Origin: Strigamia acuminata
Taxonomy: Eukaryota
Length of the DNA stretch: 64,000 nt
Direction of reading: 5' to 3'
Assembly: GCA_949358305.1 (NCBI GenBank)
Contig: OX442314.1
Location: forward strand, 30,628,001-30,692,000
Under the pieces are notes generated by a model, which made no database searches, was not told the DNA's origin, and saw nothing but the letters and a program-made list of their open reading frames with translations. Numbering within the stretch: the first letter of the stretch is position 1; each line of letters starts with the position of its first letter. The translations under genes and the position numbers were made by a program. Shown one piece after another: positions 1 through 10,800 of this stretch.

Positions 1-2444
1 CCAGCGACTCGTGACCCTCCCCTGACAACGCGTTGTCCGCCCGAACTCACATAATGCGTTTTAAAATACACCGCAACATTCGACAATGTATTTTTGAAGC
101 GTGTGGGACTTCCGATTGCTATGCCACTGCTTAAAACTGTACTAACTTGTAGGATTTTACTTCTCGGTGGTAACGGTATCGGACTTAAACTAATGCAATC
201 TTCGAACGTGCGAATATGATAAACAACCGATCTGTTCATGAAATTAAAAATTATAGAAATAAATTTGCTAAAAACACTTATTTACCTCATATTTTTCAAT
301 GCACTGATAGCACAAAATTGAGAAAAATGATTAAACAACGGAATGAAGTTGTTAAAATGAATATTTTCTTACCAGCCACTTTTCTCTCTTTGTCGGACGT
401 GTTCGATAGAACGCAACATCTCGGCATCGACTTCACAACTAAGATTTTCCGAAAATTGCGCTAATAACTAAAAACCAAACTCAGTTTTACTACACTTTTA
501 AAAATTAAATAATTATTCACTTCTGGTAATCGGTGCTGTAGAATTTCTGCAGCCGTGGGACGAAACTCAGGGTCCCTTTGAAGCAAATCACGAATAAGTT
601 GTTTTAAACCGTGCGAATAATTTCCTTTGACGGGTGCAAATTGTCCCTAAGAATATTTCTGGAGTTGATAACAATCCATTTCCAAAGTCACACACACACC
701 TTCATAATTTTGTTGACTAACGCCGGTAAATTGGAGCCTTCAAATGTTTTTTGAAGGCAAGCCATTTCGTACAGAATGCAACCAAGCGCCCACACATCTG
801 ATTTCTCGTCATACGACTTTCCTTCGCACTGAAACATAATAAATAGTGTACATATAAGGTGCGTCCAAAAAGTCTGCGGAATGACAAAAAACTTTGAAAA
901 AATTAACTTCCAATATTTTGATTTAATTTTCCTTTTAGGATTACTAAATATACCACTCGAGTAATGTCTGATTAAATTTCCAGACTGATTCAATAATATT
1001 TATTTAAAATATCAACAATAAATGCGATTCGTTATAGTTTCGACTGTACTCGTATATTACCATTTCGGGACTGATGTAATAGGGAGTACCAACAACCGTA
1101 TTGGCGCCTTTATTTTTTGTCGTCATCATTTTAGAGATGCCGAAATCACCGACTTTTATAATCCCTTCTTTGGTCAGAAAAATATTTGCGGTTTTTAAAT
1201 CCCTAGAAAAATTTTTAATTAAATAAAAACAAAGCGTGTATTTCATGAGAATCTAAAAACCTGTGCAATATGTTGTGGTCGTGCATATGTCTAAGCGCGG
1301 AGACAATTTGATGCAAATATATCAAAATTTCCCTTTCATCCAACTGCTGTTCGCTTTGTTGAAGAAATTGTGCCAATGTTCTACACAAACAAAAATTGTA
1401 ATTTAAAAAACAAAAACCATTCAATTTCTACGCTTTTCTACCCTCCGTCCGCATATTCCATTTCAATTTTCAAAACTCCATCATCCTCAAAACTATTCAA
1501 ATAAGTGGTTATATTCGTGTGGTTAAGCAGCGACAAAACCCGGATTTCATTCAGCGCCAGCTGCCTTTCGGCCGCAGTCAAATCATGCATGTTGATTTCC
1601 TTGATAACGACCATCGTATCGTCTTCTACTCGTCTGTAAAGCACGGCCGTTCCGAAAGCGCCTTTTCCGACAGTTCGAATTTTCTCGTAAGCATCTTTCT
1701 TGTAAGTGCGGGGGCGTGGAACCGTCAGCTTCGGCGTTGCGGCTCTTATTTTAGTAATATCAAAATACAGCGCTCCGACGCTAATTTCTCGATATTTATC
1801 TCTGATTTGCGACGACATCTTGATCTTACTGCCGGCTAAATTGTGACTTATCCCGACAGGAATCTGAAAACAAAAAATTGAGCATTTCTAACAACCTGCA
1901 AAACGATATATTACCCTGATTAATCTTTCCAGTTCTTTGACCAAGCGCACACTGTTGGAAAAATCGAAATAAGTCGCTAGGAAATCGATGCGGCAACCAA
2001 CGGCCGAAGTATTGATATGATTAGCCGCGACTAGACTAAAAAATTCTCGGATAGGCGTCTGATCGATAATACTTTTCACACTCAGAACCTAAAATATAAT
2101 AAAAATTACTTGAGTAATGTCTACTTTCACTTTTATTTCGTTATTTTATTTTACCCTTTCTTCCACCGAACAAATGCATAATTCTTCCTCGGTTCCATGC
2201 ATTACAAAGGCAAGACTGTCGACCTTTTGTGAGCCTACACAAACCGAAATTTTAGCTGCAAAAAAAATAATGTAAATCAATAATGCTTTATTTATACTAT
2301 TAAAATTCACGTTTTACCTAAAATATCATCCAGAGAACTGATATCATATTTATACAAAACCAATATCACATTTTCCAACACTGCAGACTGGATTTGAAAT
2401 AAATTCCTGGCACGACTTGACACAACAAGAACTCTTTGAGCCAT
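1..2444 (-). CDS. NIMA-family (NEK8-like) Ser/Thr kinase with N-terminal DUF4347-like domain; multi-exon, 3' end runs off the window
   Basis: Kinase motifs across GT-AG exons: GKGAFG, VVIKE, HR|DLKTANIFL, DFG, GTPYYISPE, DVWALG, FEGSNLPALVNKIMK. ATG at 2444 begins MAQRVLVVSSRARN...KVDSLAFVMHG...RIDFLA...VGALYFD, spliced in frame to the kinase. Confidence 0.85.
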
Positions 2445-2495
2445 TTTATAACACAAAAACCACCTGTGTACAAATTAAACGTCAAGTTGTTTGTT

Positions 2496-2509
2496 GTCGC
2501 CATAGAAAC
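2496..2509. promoter_or_regulatory. Candidate RFX X-box
   Basis: GTCGCCATAGAAAC about 50 bp upstream of the NEK ATG; fits the GTNNCCATRGNAAC consensus of ciliary genes. Confidence 0.55.
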
Positions 2510-2939
2510 CTCTATAGTCACATGACCGCCACAAAACAAATTATTAGTAAATCAATTGAATGATATTAATACTTACAGTAACTTTAAATTAATTAATTAA
2601 TTCTAGTTTAACTACTAAAATTAATGAATGATGTAATCCCATCACGTGTTTCTAGTAGACTTGTGAATGAACAAAAGCAAATGAAGTCTAGTTTAGCATC
2701 GAAGCACTTTAATGAGTAAATAAAATGTGAATATATCGTAATTGAACATCTGTCCACAATACACAGGGAAGAATTGTGTGAAAATTGATGGACAAATTTG
2801 CAAGTTGCAGAAGCAGCGGTGGTGTGAACATGTATGTACACGTGTTGGTCGGCCAATGGCTGGATTGCCGGCGTATCGACTCGCTGACTCTTTTGTTTCC
2901 TAACTAATTTTGGCCAATTTTGGAGATACAACTGAGATT

Positions 2940-4832
2940 ATGGAGCTGGCGAATATTTTGTGCGCGATTTTCGTGTTGTGCGCGATCCGAACGTGCGTTA
3001 TCGCGGATCCGGAATTGAAATGTTTAGGTGAATTAATTGTGTGAAAAAAAATGATTTATGTTCAATTAATAATTTATTTTCGTTTAATTTTTTTAATTTT
3101 TTATTTATTTAGTGTGTAGGAAAGTGGTTGAAGAAATAGAAAGTAGTATACGAAAAGAAAATCCAAATAAGAAAATCCAAGTTGGCGGATATCGAATTGA
3201 TGACAAAGGAAATCAAAAGCAGAACCAAGTTATTTTTGTTTTGAAAATTTGCTGGCTTGGAAGATGGATTTTTTAGGCTCAAATATTTAATTTTTAGACA
3301 GAAAATTCAATTTTTAGTGTCAAAAATAAATTTTTCATGCACAAAATGACAAGAAAATGCGGTCTTTCGTATCAAAAATGCATTTTTTAGTCCCAGAAAT
3401 GAATTTTAGACTTCAAAATTGCGTTTTTTAGTTTCAAAAATTCAATTTTCAGTCTAAAAAATGCATTTTTCGTCTCAGGAATTCAGATTTTAGTCTAAAA
3501 AATGCGTAAAATGACTTTTTAGATGCAGAAATTTACTGTTTAATTGCAAAACCTAATTTTTAAGTGTATTTTAACCAAGCCGGTACAATTTAAAGTTGTG
3601 ATTTTTAGTTTAAAATGTTGATTTATACTATTTCATACCGTAGATACCATACGCAGGCTCTGAAATTCACATTCACGATATTTTAGACCAATTTTGTGAC
3701 CGAATGGATGATTACGCACAAGGGAAATTCAAAGACACGGGCGAGAGAACGATCATCAAATTGGTCGGTTCCGATGGTAAAATGAATGTTGATATGAGCA
3801 AAGTGGATCTGTTGCCCGATCCCGATCTGAATAAAATGCTCAAGTATTACGTGAGTGCTAGCAAAGTGTATAAAATGCGAATTTATTTGTTTACTTGTTT
3901 GATTTATGTTTTTTTAGTGTGAAAATTTCCTGGAGGACTTCGAGGATGAACTTGTCAATGTGTTTAGCAAGAAATTGAAAGATCCGGATATCGAATTGTG
4001 TACTAAAACCGCGGGTACAAATTATATTTATTTATTTATGTTAAGGTTTCTGGTGTTAATTGATTATAGTAAAAATTTATTTATGGAGATCGAAATTGAA
4101 TTTTTATGGTAAAAATATAATGTAATGGTGAAGATTTTAAAAGATTTTAAAAGAAAATTTGAACATTTTAGTATTTTAGTAGGAAATTAGACTTTTATAA
4201 ATATCCAAAATTTAAAAAAATATATTTTTAACAAAATAAACTGTAGATTTTTCGTAAAGATTTGCTTTTTTGGATAAAAATTGATGTTTTAGGTAAGATT
4301 TCAATTTATGGGGGAAAAATTTGATTTTTTTTATGTAAAAATTTTAGTTTCTGGGAGAAATTTGGATTAATTTGATTTTTTGGGAGAAAAATTGGATTAA
4401 TTTGATTTTTTGGGCGAAAAATTGGATTAATTTGATTTTTTGGGAGAAAAATTGGATTAATTTGATTTTTTGGGAGAAAAATTGGATTAATTTGATTTTT
4501 TGGGAGAAAAATTGGATTAATTTGATTTTTTGGGAGAAAAATTGGATTAATTTGATTTTTTGGGAGAAAAATTGGATTAATTTGATTTTTTGGACAAAAA
4601 TTTGATCAATTTGACTTTTTGGGACAAAAATTGGATTAATTTGACTTTTTGTGAGAGAAATTTGATTAAATTTAGGCAAAAACTGCTCCTTACTGCATTT
4701 CTTCAATTTTTATATCGCCTATTAAAAAAAAAAGTAAAACAACTAACAAACTTATTATTTTATCCAGACTGGTGCCAGGACAACCTATCAAACGACGAAG
4801 ACTACAACTTCGAAGACCGTGACGAATTATGA
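2940..4832 (+). CDS. CNPY2: Canopy family ER saposin-like protein (CNPY2 / Drosophila seele-like), 5 exons
   Basis: Signal peptide MELANILCAIFVLCAIRTCVIA, then KCLVCRKVVEEI, IQVGGYRID, PYAGSEIHI, CDRMDDY, LKYYCENFLEDFEDEL, C-terminal ER-retention RDEL*; GT-AG introns. Confidence 0.88.
4345..4670. repeat. Intronic tandem array, 30-bp unit TGGGAGAAAAATTGGATTAATTTGATTTTT
   Basis: About 10 near-identical copies read directly. Confidence 0.95.
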
Positions 4833-5005
4833 CAACAAAATCCTATCTAAAAAAAAAAAAACCCAACAAAAAAAAACAAAAAAAAAAACTCTTTATTTTA
4901 TTCGTTTTCAACAATTTTCAATTTTTACAAACCCAAATTTAAAAATAAAATAAAAATAGACTCGACATGTCAAAAATCCACACGTACAACAAATTTAGTC
5001 AAATT

Positions 5006-5689
5006 TTAATTAAGAACAGGCCGCGTCACCGTCAAAATATCCACAAAAACCTTCCACGACTTCTCCCACAACTCCCGACTGCTCAGCACTCCGCAAAAAT
5101 CCACGACGACCTTCACCAAAATGGCCAAACACATCTTCACAACCTCCCAACAAATCTGAAAACTCGACACATTCTTCATCCGCAGCTCCGACAAAACCAT
5201 CCGCACTTGCGGGTGAACTTGAAACAAATCGATACGGAAACAAAACACCAAAACCGCCAAATAACACACCATCAAAACACCCATCAACACTTTATTACTA
5301 TCGACGAAATACTCCCGCTTGTGCGAGTGCGAGTGGTGCCGCTTCGGCTTATCCCTGCGCCGGCCATCGTTGCAGTTCGCCGGCGCTAATACCTTCGCCT
5401 TCGCCTTCGCCCGGTCGCGCCTGCGCGAAGCCGGCGTGCACGTCGATTCCCACTCGCTGAACGAGTTCGAACCCGTGCTCGACGTCGCGACGCTCGAGCT
5501 CCAAAATTTCGAACTTCTACTGACCGGTGGGTACCATTTGCTTCCGGTTAATTGAAAAACTTCATCCGCGCAAGTACTCTGGCTCGATCTTGTCGTTGCG
5601 TCGAGGTCGCCATCGGTGGCGTAGCTGCTGCTGTCGTCGGGCCACGAAACGTGGCGTTTTCTGTCTCTTCCGTGGGGATTCGGGGGCAT
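5006..5689 (-). CDS. Intronless hypothetical protein, 227 aa, Ser-rich N-terminus, C-terminal hydrophobic segment(s)
   Basis: Uninterrupted ATG-TAA ORF, GC-richer than flanks, hydrophobic VLMGVLMVCYLAVLVFCF, downstream AATAAA near 4893-4903; no recognisable family. Confidence 0.55.
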   Translation of the reverse strand: MPPNPHGRDRKRHVSWPDDSSSYATDGDLDATTRSSQSTCADEVFQLTGSKWYPPVSRSSKFWSSSVATSSTGSNSFSEWESTCTPASRRRDRAKAKAKVLAPANCNDGRRRDKPKRHHSHSHKREYFVDSNKVLMGVLMVCYLAVLVFCFRIDLFQVHPQVRMVLSELRMKNVSSFQICWEVVKMCLAILVKVVVDFCGVLSSRELWEKSWKVFVDILTVTRPVLN

Positions 5690-5966
5690 AATTTAGAACA
5701 TCGTTTCAAGTTTGTTTGTGCAATTTTTTTGTTGTTTTAATCGGTTTGTTTGAGGAATAGTTGCGAGTACATGAGTTTACAGTTTTTGGCAGCCATGTTT
5801 TTTTTACGAGTAATTTGGAAGAACGTGGTGGAACAATTGGTTTGTTTGTTTGGGGGATTGTTTGGCTTTGGTTTTTAAGTGTTAACAATTTTTGGTTTTT
5901 TTTTTTTTTTACAGGAATAGGTAGTAGAAATAATAGAAATATAGGAAGAAGAATTGGTTGGGGTTG

Positions 5967-6047
5967 TTACGTGTCGTCCGTTTTCTTAAGATGAACGCCC
6001 GGGCTCTGTCCCAGCTCAATGTTTTTGGTAATTTTGATTCCTGTTGG

Positions 6048-6079
<32 letters not shown>

Positions 6080-7600
6080 AAAATAGAAAAAATTGATTTA
6101 GTTGGGGGAATGGTTTTGGATGGAGTTTTGTTTGGGATTAGGTTTTTTTTTTGGGTTGGTGTGGGTTTTAATAAGGTAACCAGATACTAATGTGTCGATA
6201 AGTGGTATCGGGATATGGTCAAATGTTCAAATTTTTAGAATGTTGAATGAATTTTGGTAATTTTCAAGAAAACTTGAATAAATTGATGAAATTTTCGAGT
6301 TTTTCTAATTTTTTCATAAAATTTTCAACTTTTTCCAATTTTTTTCATGAATTTTTAAATTTTTTCTAATTTTTTCTTGAAATTTTCAACTTTTTCTAAT
6401 TTTTTGTCATGAAATTTTCAACTTTTCTAATTTTTTATTGAAATTTTCAACTTTTTCCAATTATTTTCATGAAATTTTCAACTTTTTCTAATTTTTTTCA
6501 TGAAATTTTCAACTTTTTCTAATTTTTTTCATAAAATTTTCAACCTTTTCTAATTTTTTTCAAGAAATTTTCAACTTTTCTAATTTTTTTCATGAAATTT
6601 TCAACTTTTTCCAATTCTTTTCATAAAATTTTCAACTTTTTCTAATTTTTTTCATGAAATTTTCAACTTTTTCTAATTTTTTTCATAAAATTTTCAACCT
6701 TTTCTAATTTTTTTCAAGAAATTTTCAACTTTTCTAATTTTTTTCATGAAATTTTCAACTTTTTCCAATTCTTTTCATAAAATTTTCAACTTTTTCTAAT
6801 TTTTTTCATGAAATTTTCAACTTTTTCTAACTTTTTTCATGAATTTTTCAACTTTTTCTAATTTTTTCTTCAAATTTTCAACTTTTTTCAATTTTATTCA
6901 TGAAATTTTCAACTTTTTCGAATTTTTTTCATAAAATTTTCAACTTTTTCTAAATCTGGTCACCCTACATTCTACAACCGCTCTACACTTACGATAGTTT
7001 CCCTCCGGAGTGAGTTTAGCCTGAATCACACTCGTTCGCAGCACTCTGGCTACGTGGAAACCAAGTTGCACCAACTAGCATTTTCAAAAATCCATTTACT
7101 CCCCGTAAAAAATCCTCCAATTAGCGCCCGCATCCAACTTAGGCCACATCCCCTCCAACAACATTCCCCACACCTCCAACACTAATCTACAAAATATCTC
7201 ATCCAACTCCCCAACATAAATAAAAACCACAAAAAATCCATTTCATTTTCAAAATCTTCAATCCCGGACCCTAATTGGAGGATCTAATTTCACTCTTATT
7301 TAGATGATACTCGCCTCTTCAATTTTCTTCTCATCGGTTTCATCTCTATATTTTGCAAATTCGTCCTTGATTTTTTTCCCAGCAGCTACAAACAAATAAA
7401 TACATTTACATCTGTTTGTGTACACTTTGTACAACTTTCTCCACCATTCAGCGCCGTTTGATCTCCATGGAACACCTCTCTGCTTGCCCGGTGGAGACAT
7501 TTGAAACATTCCAAAACCTAGAAAAATACAAACCAATAATTTTATTTTTTCCATTTTTCCATCGAATGTATGTTTTAATTACCTTCGGTCGATACCCCAA
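5967..7600 (-). CDS. LYRM7: Complex III assembly factor LYRM7/Mzm1 (LYR-motif protein), 5 coding exons, start uncertain
   Basis: Spliced product (L)GYRPK|VLECFKCLHRASREVFHGDQTALN|AAGKKIKDEFAKYRDETDEKKIEE|LVQLGFHVARVLRTSVIQAKLTPEGNY|RIKITKNIELGQSPGVHLKKTDDT* matches recalled LYRM7 (VLQLFKTLHRTRQQVF, AARIKINEEF, KKIEEL, LRTSVIQ). Confidence 0.85.
6280..6950. repeat. Intronic tandem array, ~31-bp unit AAATTTTCAACTTTTTCTAATTTTTTTCATG
   Basis: About 20 copies read directly in the last LYRM7 intron. Confidence 0.95.
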
Positions 7601-7827
7601 GTTTGAAAAAACTTCTAATTTTTCTCTGAAACCGTGAGAGTTTTTTTTGTAAAGCCTTTTATTTACTAGAAATAAGTATTTTGTTTGGTCACGTCGCGTG
7701 CACGCAGACGTGCGCGGCCATCGTGGCTACCGCGACGACACCTTGTGAGAAACGCATCAAATATTAAACCCCACCATTTTTATTGTTTTCAAATTTCAAT
7801 AATTCAAAATATATATATTTTATTGCT

Positions 7828-10800
7828 TCAATATTTTCCATTCAATAAATATTTCTCGATACTCTTATCCAATGCGGCCCGTACTTTATAAATCATGACA
7901 TTTGATTCCGATTCAGTCGATTCTTCGATCGATTTCCGCGATTTAAGCCTTTTATTCGACTCGGTCATGTGTTTCCTTTGAAATAAAATTAAAAAATTAA
8001 GCAAAAAATAAAAACAAATTTCACATCCCATAAATGCTCTAATAAAATAAAATGCGGATGTACTATTGACAGAACCTAGATTACCCCCACAATTTTTACT
8101 ATTCTTGATCAATTTAAATATTTCTAGTCGTTTTGGCTCATTTAGACATTTATTTTAGTCATTTTGGCCAATTTAGACATTTATTTTAGTCGTTTTGGCC
8201 AATTTTTATGTTTATTTTAGTCCACATGTTTAATTTAGATATTTATTTTAGTCCTTATGTTCAATTTAGACATTAATTTTAGTCGTTTTGTTCTATTTAG
8301 ACATTAATTTTAGTCGTTTTGTTCAATTTAGACATTAATTTTAGTCGTTTTGTTCAATTTAGACATTTATTTTAGTCGTTTGGATCAATTTAGACATTTA
8401 TTTTAGTCGTTTGGTTCAATTTAGACATTCATTTTAGTCATTTTGGCCCATTTAGACATTTATTTTAGTCATTTTGGCCCATTCAGACATTAGTTTAGTC
8501 ATTTTGGCCCATTTAAACGTTAATTTTTGACATTTTGGCCCATTCAGACATTTATTTTAGTCGTTTTGGTCCATTTAGACATTTATTTTAGTCATTTTGG
8601 CCCATTTAGACATTTATTTTAGTCATTTTGGGCCATTTAGACATTTATTTTAGTCATTTTGGCCCATTTAGACATTTATTTTAGTCATTTTGGGCCATTT
8701 AGACATTTATTTTAGTCATTTTGGCCCATTTAGACATTTATTTTAGTCATTTTGGCCCATTTAGACATTTATTTTAGTCATTTTGGGCCATTTAGACATT
8801 TATTTTAGTCATTTTGGCCCATTTAAACATTTATTTTAGTCATTTTGGCCCATTCAGACATTTATTTTAGTCATTTTGGCCCATTCAGATATTTATTTTA
8901 TTCATTTTGGCCCACTTAGACATTAATTTTAGTCATTTAGGCCCATTCAGACATTTATTTTAGTCATTTTGGCCCATTCAGATATTTATTTTAGTCATTT
9001 TGGCCAATTTAGACATTTATTTTAGTCCTTATGTTCAATTTAGACATTTATTTTAGTCGTTTGGTTCAATTTTTATATTAAATTCAGTCGTTATGGTCAA
9101 TTTAGACCCGCGTGGAATAAGCATCCCGCATTCTATTAGAGCATTTAGGGTTAAAACAGCATACATTTGATTATCATTATTCCTTATGACAAACGGAACA
9201 TTGCCAACATCCATCGCCTTTTCTTTATTCAACCTCGTCATTTTAGCTCTGAGATTCACCTCGGCCGTGTACATCTCCTGCACATGCGCCAACTGATCGC
9301 GCAGCATTTCCACCGCCATTTCCGACTCCCCCAGCGCATCCTTAACACGATTCAGCTCCTCCATCGTCTCGTTCTTACTCCCGCGTAACTCGTTGTTCAC
9401 TTTCTCGTGTTCGGGCTTCCCGTTGCCCTCGAAACGCGCCTTCATCTGCACGATTTTAGCGCGGTACTCGTGGTTCGCCCTGGCCTCGCAATCGGCCGCG
9501 AATCGCGCCATCTCGTCTCGTTCCACGTAATTCTCTCTCACGTGGCTTTGGAAGCGAATGAGCTCGTCTCGTAATTCGTCTCGCACGTGCTCGAGTTGTG
9601 CTATTCGTTTCCTAAGGTCCGGGACGCAGTGCAGCGATTCTTTGGCTTTCTGCAGTCGGTTGCGGTCGCGCTGGTGCGCCTCTTGCTCGTGCGAGATGTA
9701 GCATTTGAGTTCGAGCACCTGGTGTTCCAAATCGGCGATTTGGGACGAGATTTCTTGACTTAGATCCACACTCTCCAGCCGCCGCTTCATGGCCCCCAGT
9801 TCGTGCTGCATCGCGGCGCATCTGCGGAGAATTCAATGGAGATTTTACAATTTTGAATTACGGGAAATGGCGGGAAAAATTCAGACAATTTTTTGTTTTT
9901 GTAGAAATTTATATATTTAATTTTTTTTTTTAATTTTTTTTTATTTTCTAAATGTTTTTGAATATTTGAAGTGCAATCCCGACACCGTTTTGATTTCGTT
10001 TTGTTTTATTATTTTTTATTTTGTGGTTATTTTATCGATACCAATTGCCGTTGCGATAGTGATAGACTTTTGAGCGGCGAGGAAACGAAAATGAGGAAGT
10101 AGTATTCCTGAAAGAAAGCAATAAAAGGAAAATAGGAGAAGTAGCAGAAAGATAAATCGAGTTTTATATGTTAGTAATGTTAGAAATTAGAACTCTCTTT
10201 TTTAAGCATGTAAAATTCGATTTAACGGTTTAAAATTCGATTTAGACCATTTAAATTCGATTAAAACGTGATAAAAGTCGTCTGAAACGTTATTGAATTC
10301 GTTTTAAACGATTAAAAACGATGTAAAATTCGTTTTAATCGATTAACAACTATATAAAATTCGTTTTAAACGATTAAAAACGATATAAAATTCGTTTTAA
10401 ACGATTAAAAACGATATAAAATTCGTTTTAAACGATTAAAAACGATATAAAATTCGTTTTAAACGATTAAACACGATTACAAACAATATAAAATTCGTTT
10501 TTAACGATTAAAAACGATTAAAAACGATATAAAATTCGTTTTAAACGATTAAAAACGATATACAATTCGTTTTAAACCATTAAAAACGATATAAAATTAG
10601 TTTTAAACGATTAAAAACGATATAAAATTCTTAAACGATTAAAAACGATATAAAACTCGTTTTAAACGATTAAAAACGATATAAAATTCGTTTTAAACGA
10701 TTAAAAAAACAAAACTCGTTTTAAATGATTTAACATTTGATTTAAAACTCGATTTAAACGATTAAAACGACATCAAATTTGTTTAAAACGAAATAAAATT

